A DNA stretch of 64,000 bases, taken from positions 1,984,001 to 2,048,000 of the forward strand of contig OY762926.1 in the NCBI GenBank assembly GCA_963666735.1, written 5' to 3'. This document shows, piece after piece, positions 9,620-18,945 of the stretch. The notes below the pieces were generated by a model. That model was not told the origin of the DNA, searched no databases, and worked only from the letters and a program-made list of their open reading frames with translations. Each line of letters starts with the position of its first letter. The first letter of the stretch is position 1. The position numbers were made by a program, and so were the translations under genes. The DNA comes from Gemmatimonadota bacterium. GTDB lineage: Bacteria > Gemmatimonadota > Gemmatimonadetes > Palauibacterales > Palauibacteraceae.

Positions 9620-10060
9620 CGCGTTACCCGGACTCCAATCCCAGCGCCCGCACGAAAGTACCGTGGGACACCGGGACGGTGGCGCCCGCATCTGCAGGTT
9701 CGACACGAAGTGTGACAGCCGGATGAATCCCCCACGTCGCGTGCTGACCCATTCGGGCTTGAAGTACGTGCCCCAGCCCTCCTCCAGCCGGTCGTAGAAG
9801 CCCGTCTCGACCAGGCGGAGCGGCCGACCCTCGACATCCACGTTCAGCGGTTCCACCTCCACCGGGTCGAGCGACAGCCGCACATCGAGCGGGGTCGGCC
9901 CCTCGGCCCCCACCTCCAGCGGCACGCTGTACGCGGCGAAGCCGGTGCGGCGCACGCCGGGCACATACTCGCCCGGCGCGATGCCCTCGAAGGCGAAGGC
10001 GCCGCCCGGGCCGGTAACGGTCTCCGCCACCACGACGTCCGCTCCCGCTGTACGGATTCG
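9620..10060 (-). pseudogene. Fragment of a carboxypeptidase-regulatory-like (beta-sandwich) domain protein
   Basis: TGPGGAFAFEGIAPGEY..VRRTGF..LSLDPVEVEPLNV..RLVETGFYDR. No signal peptide, and the sequence degenerates 3' near the palindrome. Confidence 0.55.
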
Positions 10061-10070
10061 GTCGGTCGGG

Positions 10071-11276
10071 CTAGGCTCCGAACTTCGCGAGGCGACCGGC
10101 GCTGGCCGCCGCGAGACGCATGAGGTCGCAGCCTCGGACGCGGCCGTGGGCGCCGGTGCGGCAGGCGGTTTCGCCGAACGTGGTGGGGTCGTCGCTGCGG
10201 GCCGGGCCGCCGTGGAGGAGGAAGGGCACCGGGTGCCAGCTGTGGCTGCGCATGATGGAGGGGGTCGAGTGGTCGCCGGTCACGAGGATGACATCGGGTC
10301 CCGCGCCGACGAGGTCCGGCACGATGGCGTCCGCCTCCTCGATGGCGGCTACCTTGCGGTCGAAGTCGCCGTCTTCTCCGGCCTTGTCGGGAGGCTTGAA
10401 GTGGAGGAAGAAGAAATCGTGCTCGGCGAACCGCGCCCGGAGGGCGTCCACGAGCGGTTGCGCGCCGGCGGCCGCCGTGCGCGCGTCCATGCCGACGAGC
10501 CGCGCGACGCCGCGGTACATGGGGTACGCGGCGGCGGCGGCGGCCCGCATGCCGAATACGTCGCCGAAGCGGGGCCAGTCGGGCTGGCTGGAGACGCCGC
10601 GCAGGAGCGCCATGTTCGCCCACGGCTGGTCGGCGAGCCGTTCGCTCGCCGCTTCGAGCCACGCCGCGAGGAGCCGCGCCGTCGGTTCGGACTCTGCGTT
10701 CCGCGCCGCGGGGGCGTGGGGCGGCCGTCCGGTCCGGCCGGGGTCGGTGTCGTTCACCGCGTCGCCCGCCGGGGCGTCCGGGTGCAGGACGAGGACGAAG
10801 CGGTGTTCCTTCACGTGGCGCACGGAGCAGCGGGCGCCGTCGAGCGGGATGCGGTCGAGCCGGGCGGCCAGGGGGGCGGCTTCCTCGCACGGGATGCGGC
10901 CCGCGCGGCGGTCGGTCACCCGGCCCCGGGCGTCGAGGGTGCAGAAGTTGGCGCGCACGGCGATGTCGCCCGGTCCGAGCGGGAATTCGAGGCCGAGGGC
11001 TTCGAGCACGCCGCGGCCGGTCTCGTACACGAGGGGATCGTAGCCGAACAGGGCCAGGTGGCCGGGGCCGCTGCCCGGGGTGATGCCCGGCGCCACGGGA
11101 TCGTGGAGGCCGCACGTCCCGGCGCGGGCGAGTTCGTCGAAGTGCGGCGTGCGCGCGGCCTCGAGTTCGGTCGGGCCCCCGGCCTCGCGCGGCAGCCCGC
11201 CCAGCCCGTCGAGCACGTAGAGCAGCACTTTGCCCCCGCCACCCCCGGCGAGACGGGCGATCCGGTCGAGTTCCAT
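10071..11276 (-). CDS. apgM: 2,3-bisphosphoglycerate-independent phosphoglycerate mutase, archaeal (ApgM) type
   Basis: VLDGLGG, TELEAARTP, PGSGPGHLALFGYDP, FLHFKPPDKAGEDG, TGDHSTP, HSWHPVP. Confidence 0.92.
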   Translation of the reverse strand: MELDRIARLAGGGGGKVLLYVLDGLGGLPREAGGPTELEAARTPHFDELARAGTCGLHDPVAPGITPGSGPGHLALFGYDPLVYETGRGVLEALGLEFPLGPGDIAVRANFCTLDARGRVTDRRAGRIPCEEAAPLAARLDRIPLDGARCSVRHVKEHRFVLVLHPDAPAGDAVNDTDPGRTGRPPHAPAARNAESEPTARLLAAWLEAASERLADQPWANMALLRGVSSQPDWPRFGDVFGMRAAAAAAYPMYRGVARLVGMDARTAAAGAQPLVDALRARFAEHDFFFLHFKPPDKAGEDGDFDRKVAAIEEADAIVPDLVGAGPDVILVTGDHSTPSIMRSHSWHPVPFLLHGGPARSDDPTTFGETACRTGAHGRVRGCDLMRLAAASAGRLAKFGA

Positions 11277-11410
11277 GCGGCGGAACGTATGAGCGCCCCC
11301 GGTGGCGGGCCAGCAAACGGAGAGGGCGTGTCGGCAGTCCCGGACCATCGCGGGGCGGGGCCGGATGCGCGCGGCGGTCTGCCGCACGCGCGCGGTCGCG
11401 GAGCGCGGCC

Positions 11411-12061
11411 GTGAGTACCGCGGTCGCCGCGGAGGGCGTCACCCGGCGCTTCGGGCGGCGCTGGGCGCTGCGCGGGGTCGATCTCGCCGTGCCCCGCGGC
11501 GCGGTCGTCGCGCTGCTCGGCGCCAACGGGACGGGCAAGACGACGCTCCTCCGCCTCATCTCGACGCTGCTCAAACCGACGGCCGGCCGGATGGAGGTGC
11601 TGGGTCACACCCTCCCGGCGGGCGGTGACGAGATCCGGACGGGCGCCGCGTTCATGACGGCCGGCGGGCATGCGTACGAGGAGCTGACGGGGGCCGAGAA
11701 CCTGCGCTTCGCGGCCCGCATGTCCGGGACGGCGACCACGGACGACGGCCTGCGCGACGCGCTGGCCGCAGTCGAACTGGGCGGGGCGGCGGACGTCCCC
11801 GTGCGCGCCTGGTCGACCGGGATGCGGAGGCGCCTCGAACTGGCCCGGCTCCGGCTCCGTCCGCTGGAACTGGTGCTGCTCGACGAACCCTTCGTGAGCC
11901 TGGACGAGGACGGCGTGGGACTCGTGCACGAGGCGGTCCGCCGGTGGCGCGACGCCGGCACCGCCGTGGTCATCGCCTCGCACCGGGTCGAGGACGCGAC
12001 CCTGCACGCCGACGAAGTCGTGCGGCTGGCGGGCGGGCGGGCGGCCCCCGCGACCCCGTGA
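11411..12061 (+). CDS. ccmA: Heme exporter ATP-binding subunit CcmA
   Basis: Walker A GANGTGKTT, signature STGMRRR, LLDEPF; precedes ccmB and ccmC. Confidence 0.88.
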   Translation: MSTAVAAEGVTRRFGRRWALRGVDLAVPRGAVVALLGANGTGKTTLLRLISTLLKPTAGRMEVLGHTLPAGGDEIRTGAAFMTAGGHAYEELTGAENLRFAARMSGTATTDDGLRDALAAVELGGAADVPVRAWSTGMRRRLELARLRLRPLELVLLDEPFVSLDEDGVGLVHEAVRRWRDAGTAVVIASHRVEDATLHADEVVRLAGGRAAPATP

Positions 12062-12738
12062 GCACGCTCGCGCGGCGAGCCGCCGCCATCCTGTGGAAGG
12101 ACATCCTCTCGGAGACCCGCACGCGGCAGGGCTTCACGGCGATGCTCTCCTTCGCCGCGCTCGTCCTCTTCATGTTCAGCTTCGCCATCGGGGTGGAGAA
12201 CGACCTGCTCGGACGGCTGGCGGGGGGTCTGCTCTGGGTCGCGATCGTCTTCACCGGCACCCTCTCCCTGGGCCGGACCTTCCAGAACGAGGAACTCGCG
12301 GGCGGGTCCCGCCTGCTGCGGCTCTATCCCGGCGACGTGCGCGCCATCTATCTGGGCAAGCTGGCCGGAAACCTCGTCGTGCTCGCCGCGCTCGAGGTCG
12401 TCCTCTTCCCCGCCGCCGCGATCCTGTACCAGGTCGACTTCACCGCGCAGGCCGGCCCGCTCATCCTCGTGGCCGCCCTCGGCACCTTCGGTTTCTCCGT
12501 CATCGGGACCTTCTTCTCCGCGCTCACCGTCCACCTGCGGGCGCGTGAACTCCTGCTGCCGCTCCTCCTCTTCCCCGCCCTCGTCCCGGTCGTCCTCGGG
12601 AGCGTCGGCGCCACGGAGGCGTTCCTCGCCGGCGACCCGCTCGGGCGGGCCGGCGGGTGGCTGAGGTTACTCGCGTCCTACGACGTGATACTGTTCGTGG
12701 TCTGTCTGTGGGTCTTCCCCGTCATCCTCGAGGAGTGA
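12058..12738 (+). CDS. ccmB: Heme exporter membrane protein CcmB
   Basis: GTGA overlap with ccmA; ILWKDILSE, GLLWV, RELLLPLLLFP. Confidence 0.9.
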   Translation: MSTLARRAAAILWKDILSETRTRQGFTAMLSFAALVLFMFSFAIGVENDLLGRLAGGLLWVAIVFTGTLSLGRTFQNEELAGGSRLLRLYPGDVRAIYLGKLAGNLVVLAALEVVLFPAAAILYQVDFTAQAGPLILVAALGTFGFSVIGTFFSALTVHLRARELLLPLLLFPALVPVVLGSVGATEAFLAGDPLGRAGGWLRLLASYDVILFVVCLWVFPVILEE

Positions 12739-12748
12739 TGCGGATCTC

Positions 12749-13408
12749 ATGAACAAACTGGCACTGCTGGGGTGGATGGCGATCGTCCTCATCGCCGTCG
12801 GCAGCATGCTCGGACTCGTCGTGCTGCCCGCCGACGCGCTGCAGGGCGAGGTCCAGCGCCTCCTCTACGTCCACGTGCCGGTTGCGTGGGTGATGATGCT
12901 CGCGTTCTTCGTCGTCTTCCTGATGAGCATCCTCTATCTCGTGCAGCGCCGGCTGAAATGGGATCTTCTCGCGGTCTCCGCCGCGGAACTCGGGGTGCTC
13001 GGCGCCGTCCTCACCCTCATCCTCGGCACGCTGTGGGGCCGGCCCACGTGGGGGATCTGGTGGGCGTGGGACCCGCGAATCACGACCACGGCGCTCCTCG
13101 TACCCATCTACACGGGGTACCTCGTCGTGCGATCGATGACGGAGGATCCCGAGCAGCGGGCGCGCTGGGCGGCCGTCATCGGTCTCATCGCGTTCGTCCA
13201 GGTTCCGATCGTGTACCTGTCGGTATTCTGGTGGCGGAGCCTGCACCAGCCCCCATCGTCCCCGCAATCGATGTGGAGCGCGTACGGGCTCGTGATGCTG
13301 CTCGGATTCGTCGCATACACGCTCGCGTTCGCGTACCTGTGGCTGCGGCGATACCGGCTGGCCGCAACGGAACTCGAACTCGAACTGTCGGGACCGGAGG
13401 AAGGGTGA
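12749..13408 (+). CDS. ccmC: Cytochrome c biogenesis protein CcmC
   Basis: YVHVP, the WWD motif WGRPTWGIWWAWDPR, and WWRSLHQ. Confidence 0.93.
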   Translation: MNKLALLGWMAIVLIAVGSMLGLVVLPADALQGEVQRLLYVHVPVAWVMMLAFFVVFLMSILYLVQRRLKWDLLAVSAAELGVLGAVLTLILGTLWGRPTWGIWWAWDPRITTTALLVPIYTGYLVVRSMTEDPEQRARWAAVIGLIAFVQVPIVYLSVFWWRSLHQPPSSPQSMWSAYGLVMLLGFVAYTLAFAYLWLRRYRLAATELELELSGPEEG

Positions 13409-13415
13409 AGCGGGT

Positions 13416-13568
13416 ATGAACGATCACTGGCTCTTTATCGGCGCCGGATACGGCATCGCCTGGGCCACTCTCGGCTGGTATCTCCTCCGCCTGAGACGCC
13501 GGGAACGCACGGCGGCCGCGGCGTCGCGCGGGGCCGGCGTGGGAGCCCGAGCGGGGGGTCCGGGGTAG
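13416..13568 (+). CDS. ccmD: CcmD-like small membrane protein (not in ORF track)
   Basis: MNDHWLFIGAGYGIAWATLGWYLLRLRRRER...: 50 aa with a single TM helix, a conserved Tyr and a basic tail, directly after ccmC. Confidence 0.75.
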   Translation: MNDHWLFIGAGYGIAWATLGWYLLRLRRRERTAAAASRGAGVGARAGGPG

Positions 13569-13727
13569 AAGCAGTCCGGAAAACGTGCGGTTTACTCCGA
13601 TTTCCTCTATTATTTCAAGTTTGTATCAAGAGCGATCGGATCGAACCGTGGCGGGGCGGAGTTCCGGTTGGCCCACCCCGCGGCGATGGTTTTCGACAAC
13701 CGACCCGGGTCAGGATTCGGATCTAAT

Positions 13728-14618
13728 ATGGCGAAGACGGCCACAAGCCGACGCATGTTCTTCGACACGCACGCGCTCGACTCGTTCGACCAGTATCTGC
13801 AGGATGTCGAGCGCTATCCGCTCATCGAGAGCCCGCAGATCGAGCGGGAGATCGCGCGGAAAGCGCGGGCCGGCGACCGTCACGCGGCCGAGCGCCTCGT
13901 CACGGCGAACCTCCGGTTCGTGATCTCGTACGTGAAGAAGTACCAGGGCCGGGGGCTCAACCTGGCCGAACTCGTCTGTATCGGGAACGAGGGCCTGCTC
14001 AAGGCCGTCAAGAAGTTCGATCCCGACAAGGGCGTGAAGTTCATCTCGTACGCGGTGTGGTGGATTCGGCAGACGGTGCTGCAGGCGCTGGCCGAACAGA
14101 CCCGCTCCGTACGCATCCCGCTGAACCAGAACTCCAATCTCGTCAAGCTCTCCCGGACCGAGACGGCGCTCACCCAGAAGCTGGGACGCTCGCCGACGGA
14201 CCGTGAGATCGCCGAGGAGATGGAGGAGCCGGTGGAGACGGTGCGCGCGCTGCGGCGCGTGGCCTCCGCGGAACTCAGCCTCGACGCGCCGCTCGACAAG
14301 TCGGACCGCGACAGCGCGTCGTTCGGCGAGCGTTTCTCGGGGATGGACGACGCGGACATCGAGGAGGATGTCGAGGACCAGGCCCGGCGGGAGTTCCTCG
14401 AGAAGATGTTCGAGCGCTACCTCACCGAGCGCGAGCGGAAGATCCTCGTCCTCTACTACGGCCTCGACGACGGCGAGGAGATGACGCTGGAGGAGATCGG
14501 TTCGCTCCTCGGCGTGACCCGCGAGCGCATCCGGCAGATCCGGAACCGGGCCTTCGACAAGCTGCGTGCCTCGCCGGACGGAGAGGCCCTGGAAGGGTTC
14601 TGGCGCGCGACCGCCTGA
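13728..14618 (+). CDS. RNA polymerase sigma-70 factor, RpoD/SigA family (lacks region 1.1)
   Basis: ANLRFVISYVKKY, FDPDKGVKFISYAVWWIRQ, TLEEIG..GVTRERIRQI. Confidence 0.93.
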   Translation: MAKTATSRRMFFDTHALDSFDQYLQDVERYPLIESPQIEREIARKARAGDRHAAERLVTANLRFVISYVKKYQGRGLNLAELVCIGNEGLLKAVKKFDPDKGVKFISYAVWWIRQTVLQALAEQTRSVRIPLNQNSNLVKLSRTETALTQKLGRSPTDREIAEEMEEPVETVRALRRVASAELSLDAPLDKSDRDSASFGERFSGMDDADIEEDVEDQARREFLEKMFERYLTERERKILVLYYGLDDGEEMTLEEIGSLLGVTRERIRQIRNRAFDKLRASPDGEALEGFWRATA

Positions 14619-14670
14619 AACCGCGGGGGCCGCCGGCCCCCGGCCCCGCACCATTCGCCGGAGTGTCGAC

Positions 14671-16239
14671 ATGACGCGCCATCGTTCGAGATTCGGCCTC
14701 CTGATCCCGCTCGTCCCGCTGCTGTTCGGTCCCGCCGCGGGCGTGCACGCGCAGTCCGGGGCCGACGTGGCGCGCTCGTACCGGGAGGCCAACGAAGCGC
14801 AGATTCTGCGGGACTTCGCCGAACTCCTGACCTATCCCAACCGCGCCCGCGATCTGGAGGACGTGACGCGGGCGGCGGAGTACATCCGCGACGAGTTGCG
14901 GGCGGCGGGCGTCACGTCGGAGTTGCTCGGCATCGACGGCGTCGCGCCTCTCGTGTACGGCGAACTGCGGACACCGGACGCGGAGCGGACGCTCGGAATC
15001 TACGTCCACTACGACGGGCAGCCGGTGGATCCCCGGAACTGGACCCACCCTCCCTTCGAGCCGACGCTGTACACGGCGTCGATGGAGGTGGGCGGGACGC
15101 CGCGCGACTTCCCGGAGGCCGGTGAGGCGGTGGACCCGGAGTGGCGGATCTACGCGCGTTCCGCGGGGGACGACAAGGCCCCGATCGCCGCGCTTCTGCC
15201 CGTGCTGCGGGCGTTCCGGGATGAGGGCATCCAGCCGACATCGAACCTGGTCTTCTTCTTCGACGGGGAGGAGGAAGCGGGGTCGAGGCACCTGGGCCAG
15301 TACATGGAGATGGCGGCGGACCGCATCGAGGACATCGACGTGTGGCTCTTTTTCGACGGGCCCGCGCACCAGAGCGGGCGTCCGCAGCTCACCTTCGGCG
15401 TGCGGGGCTCCATGGGGATGGAAGTCACGGTCTTCGGGGCCACCCGCAACCTCCATTCCGGCCACTACGGGAACTGGGCGCCCGACACCGGGAACATCCT
15501 CGCCCGGCTCCTCGCCTCGATGAAGGACGAGTCCGGGCGGGTCCTCATCGAGGGCTGGTACGACACGGTCGAGCCGCTGGGAGCCGAGGAACGGGCCGCG
15601 CTCGAGGCGATGCCGCCGGTCGACGGCGCGCTCAAGCGGGAGATGGGGGTAATGCGGACCGAGGGCGAGCCGGAGACGCTGTCGGAACGGATCCTCCTCC
15701 CGGCGCTCAACATCCGCGGCCTCACGAGCGGCAACACCGGCGCGCTGGCCCGGAACATCATTCCCAACACGGCCGTCGCCGCGCTGGGAATCCGGCTCGT
15801 GAAGGGCAACGAGGCGGCCCATCTGCGGCAACTCGTCGCCGATCACATCGAAGGGCAGGGCTTCCACGTCGTGTCGGAGGACCCGGACATGGAGACCCGG
15901 CTCCGGTATCCGCGCATCGCCAAGGTCACGGGGGGCGGCGGCTATCCCGCGGCCCGCACGTCGATGGACGATCCGTTCGTGCAGGAGATCATCACGGCGG
16001 CCTCGGCGGCGGCGGATCGCGCGTTCGGGCCGGGGTCGCTCGTCCTCGCGCCCGGCCTGGGCGGCACCCTGCCCCTCTACCTGTTCACCGACGTGGCGGG
16101 AAAGCCCGCCGTGAACGTCCCGGTCGCGAACCACGACAACAACCAGCACGCGCCAGACGAGAACCTGCGCGTCGCCAACCTCTGGTACGCGATCGACCTC
16201 TACGCGGCGCTCCTGACCATGCCGATCACGGCCTTCTGA
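14671..16239 (+). CDS. Secreted M20/M25/M40 metallo-hydrolase
   Basis: Signal peptide; YVHYDGQP, YARSAGDDK, DGEEEAGS, DNNQHAPDENL. Confidence 0.9.
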   Translation: MTRHRSRFGLLIPLVPLLFGPAAGVHAQSGADVARSYREANEAQILRDFAELLTYPNRARDLEDVTRAAEYIRDELRAAGVTSELLGIDGVAPLVYGELRTPDAERTLGIYVHYDGQPVDPRNWTHPPFEPTLYTASMEVGGTPRDFPEAGEAVDPEWRIYARSAGDDKAPIAALLPVLRAFRDEGIQPTSNLVFFFDGEEEAGSRHLGQYMEMAADRIEDIDVWLFFDGPAHQSGRPQLTFGVRGSMGMEVTVFGATRNLHSGHYGNWAPDTGNILARLLASMKDESGRVLIEGWYDTVEPLGAEERAALEAMPPVDGALKREMGVMRTEGEPETLSERILLPALNIRGLTSGNTGALARNIIPNTAVAALGIRLVKGNEAAHLRQLVADHIEGQGFHVVSEDPDMETRLRYPRIAKVTGGGGYPAARTSMDDPFVQEIITAASAAADRAFGPGSLVLAPGLGGTLPLYLFTDVAGKPAVNVPVANHDNNQHAPDENLRVANLWYAIDLYAALLTMPITAF

Positions 16240-16240
16240 A

Positions 16241-16279
16241 ACACCCGGTATCCGACACCCGACACCCGACACCCGACCC
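16241..16279. repeat. Intergenic heptamer tandem repeat (CCGACAC)n
   Basis: ACACCCG GTATCCG ACACCCG ACACCCG ACACCCG ACCC between two co-oriented genes. Confidence 0.85.
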
Positions 16280-16298
16280 TCTGACCGGAGCCGGTCCC

Positions 16299-17240
16299 AT
16301 GCGACGATCCCCGCCCGCCTTCCTGTTCCTGGCTCTTACCCCGGCGGCCTTCGCCCCGGCGGCCTCGGCCCAGACGAACCCGCTGTGGACGCAGGAGAAG
16401 GTGAAGAACTACCTGCCGCACATGACGGTGCCGGAGGTGCGGGACGTTCTCACGCGCAGCGACATGGTTCTGATCCCGGTCGCCTCGCTGGAACAGCACG
16501 GCAACCACCTTCCGATCGGCACCGACTACCTGAACGGGGTCGAGCAGGCGAAGCTCGTGGCCCAGCGGGCGGACGTCCTCGTGGCTCCGATCCTCCTGCC
16601 GGGCCAGTCCCCGTATCACATGGGGTTCGAGGGGACGATCACGCTGCCCTCGCCGCTCATCCAGGAGGTGTACGTCGAGGCCGTGAAGAGCCTCATCGCG
16701 CACGGGTTCAAGCGCTTCCTGATCATGAACGCGCACGGCGGGAACCGGGCCATCACGACGTTCATCGTGGACCGCATCAACCAGGAGACGGCGGGCATCG
16801 CCGTGGATCTCGGCGCCGTGTCGGGGCCGTTCCGCGACCGGAACCGGATGGCCTCCGTCCCGAGGCCGCCGCCGGACGAACTCGACCGGCACGGGGGGAC
16901 GCCCGAGACATCGAGTTCGCTCTACCTCATGCCGACGCTGGTGGACATGGATGCGGCGGTTCCGGCGGAGGTCGCGATGCCGGCCCACCTGGAGGCGATG
17001 CTTCCCGACGTGCTGGCCGGCGACCCGACGGCGCTCGCCGTGTTCCTCGCCGAAGGGCTCAAGGACGAGTCCACGGGCAAGGGCACCTCCTCCGCCGAGA
17101 TGTCATCCACCGGCGTGTGGGGGACGCGCGATCCGGCCGAGGCGACGCTCGAACGGGGCCGGATCGCGACGGAGGTGTTCGTCGACGCCGCGGTCGCCTT
17201 CATCGAACGCTGGAACGAGCTCCGCCCCCCCGGCTCCTGA
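16299..17240 (+). CDS. Creatininase-family amidohydrolase with signal peptide
   Basis: SLEQHGNHLPIGTD, SPYHMGF, NAHGGN, HGGTPETS. Confidence 0.9.
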   Translation: MRRSPPAFLFLALTPAAFAPAASAQTNPLWTQEKVKNYLPHMTVPEVRDVLTRSDMVLIPVASLEQHGNHLPIGTDYLNGVEQAKLVAQRADVLVAPILLPGQSPYHMGFEGTITLPSPLIQEVYVEAVKSLIAHGFKRFLIMNAHGGNRAITTFIVDRINQETAGIAVDLGAVSGPFRDRNRMASVPRPPPDELDRHGGTPETSSSLYLMPTLVDMDAAVPAEVAMPAHLEAMLPDVLAGDPTALAVFLAEGLKDESTGKGTSSAEMSSTGVWGTRDPAEATLERGRIATEVFVDAAVAFIERWNELRPPGS

Positions 17241-17274
17241 ACCGATCGGCCGCGGCCAGAACCCCGCCCCGCTG

Positions 17275-18429
17275 TCAGTCCAGGCCCTCGGCGCATGCGC
17301 GTTGCAGCCCCACGGCTTCGACGCGCTCGTGCAGGCGAAACCGGTCGCGGCCCGGGAAGAGGACGAAGATACGGTCGAGCCCGAGGTCGGCCAGCGCCGA
17401 GTGCATGGACCGCGTCATCTTCGGGACGCTGGTCCGCTTGAACTCCACACCGATCCGACGCCCCCCGCTGGATACGAACAGGTCGAGCTCAGCCCCCCGA
17501 TGGGTCGCCCAGTGGTAACAATTCTCCCAGTCGGCAGAGAGAACGCGGACCGCTTCTCTCATGGCGAACCCTTCCCAGGAGGCGCCGGATTTCGGGTGGC
17601 CGAGGAGGGCGGACCTGGTATCGAGCGTCAGCAACGTGTGAAGCAATCCTGTATCGGTCAGGTAGATTTTGGGGGCCTTGACCTGCCGTTTCCCGAGATT
17701 CTCGAACCACGGCGTCAGCTTTCTCACCATAAGGGCATCGACCATCGAATCCAGGTAGGCATTGGCGGTCGGTGCGCTAACGCCCATGGAACGCGCAACC
17801 TCGGCCGCATTCCAGCGGTTCCCGTGATAGTGCGCCACCATGGTCCAGAAACGCCGCATCGTCGTCGCGGGCACCCGCACGCCGAGTTGCGGCAGGTCCC
17901 GCTCGAGAAAGGTGCGGACGAACGACTTTCGCCATTGTGCGGAATCCGCTTCGTCAGCGGCGAGAAACGAGTGTGGAAAGCCACCTCGGGACCAGAGCCG
18001 CTCGATGGATTCCGGACCCACGTCGTCCGCGCCGAACGGAGGTAGCTCGTGGTAGGCGATTCGGCCCGCGAGGGACTCGGATGATTGCCGAAGCAGGTCC
18101 GGTCCCGCGCTCCCGAGAACCAGGAACCGGGCCGGGTTGGAAGGCCGGTCGACGAGCACCCGAAGCAGCCGGAAGAGTCCTTCGCTGTGCTGAACTTCGT
18201 CGATGACCACGAGTCCGCTCAGAGATGCGAGGGCGAGCTTGGGATCCGCGAGGCTCGCCAGGTCCGTCGGATCCTCGAGGTCGAAGATCGTCACCGGACC
18301 CCGTTCCCGAGCTGCCAGGCCGCGGGCGAGCGTCGTTTTTCCAACCTGTCGCGCGCCCACGAGCCCTACCACCGGAAACTGCCTGAGGAAACGTCGAACG
18401 GCCGCCTCGTGATGTGGACGTGGAATCAT
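17275..18429 (-). CDS. AAA+ ATPase (AAA_14) with DUF4143 C-terminal domain
   Basis: GARQVGKTT, VIDEVQ, VLGS, SESLAGRI, RGGFP, KAPKIYLTDTGL, ELDL..GVEFK. Confidence 0.92.
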   Translation of the reverse strand: MIPRPHHEAAVRRFLRQFPVVGLVGARQVGKTTLARGLAARERGPVTIFDLEDPTDLASLADPKLALASLSGLVVIDEVQHSEGLFRLLRVLVDRPSNPARFLVLGSAGPDLLRQSSESLAGRIAYHELPPFGADDVGPESIERLWSRGGFPHSFLAADEADSAQWRKSFVRTFLERDLPQLGVRVPATTMRRFWTMVAHYHGNRWNAAEVARSMGVSAPTANAYLDSMVDALMVRKLTPWFENLGKRQVKAPKIYLTDTGLLHTLLTLDTRSALLGHPKSGASWEGFAMREAVRVLSADWENCYHWATHRGAELDLFVSSGGRRIGVEFKRTSVPKMTRSMHSALADLGLDRIFVLFPGRDRFRLHERVEAVGLQRACAEGLD

Positions 18430-18444
18430 GCAAGACAATTTGAA

Positions 18445-18481
18445 TGGTGAAAATCATAAGCGCAACTTTTGATTTTCACCA
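18445..18481. promoter_or_regulatory. 12-bp perfect inverted repeat TGGTGAAAATCA-N13-TGATTTTCACCA upstream of the AAA gene
   Basis: Directly visible, AT-rich, 15 bp upstream of the minus-strand ATG. Confidence 0.65.
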
Positions 18482-18498
18482 ACATCCCGCGGGCGCGT

Positions 18499-18942
18499 TC
18501 ACCGCGCGTGGCGACGAACCCCGCGGAAGTCGGGAAGGGTGAGGAGGAAGATTCCGAGGGTGATGGCGGCGCTCCCCACGCACCAGCGGCAGATGGCGTG
18601 GATGACCCAGAGTTCGAGCGCCGTCAGGTAGATCGTGAAAGCGAGTCCGCCCAGCGCGAGCAAGGCCAGCGCGCGCCCAATCCAGCGGGCCCGGCCGACG
18701 CCGTCCCGAGTCGCCAGCATCGAGAGGCCGAACACGGCCACGTACCAGCCCACGCCCCAGCCCGCCACCGGAAATCCGAGGAAACGGGCCCAGCGCGATC
18801 CCTGCACGAGGTCGCAGCCGCCGCCCGCGCCGCACGCGAGTTCGCCGTAGTAGCCGAGCGCGTAGAGGAAGAGGTAGGTGGAGAGAAAAAAGCCGGCCAG
18901 CGCCAGGAGCGCGATCCCCCGGCGCCGGTTCAACTCACTCAT
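18499..18942 (-). CDS. Vitamin K epoxide reductase (VKOR) family protein
   Basis: Loop cysteines LACGAGGGCDLVQGS and the AICRWC CxxC motif; TM helices. Confidence 0.92.
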   Translation of the reverse strand: MSELNRRRGIALLALAGFFLSTYLFLYALGYYGELACGAGGGCDLVQGSRWARFLGFPVAGWGVGWYVAVFGLSMLATRDGVGRARWIGRALALLALGGLAFTIYLTALELWVIHAICRWCVGSAAITLGIFLLTLPDFRGVRRHAR

Positions 18943-18945
18943 GGG

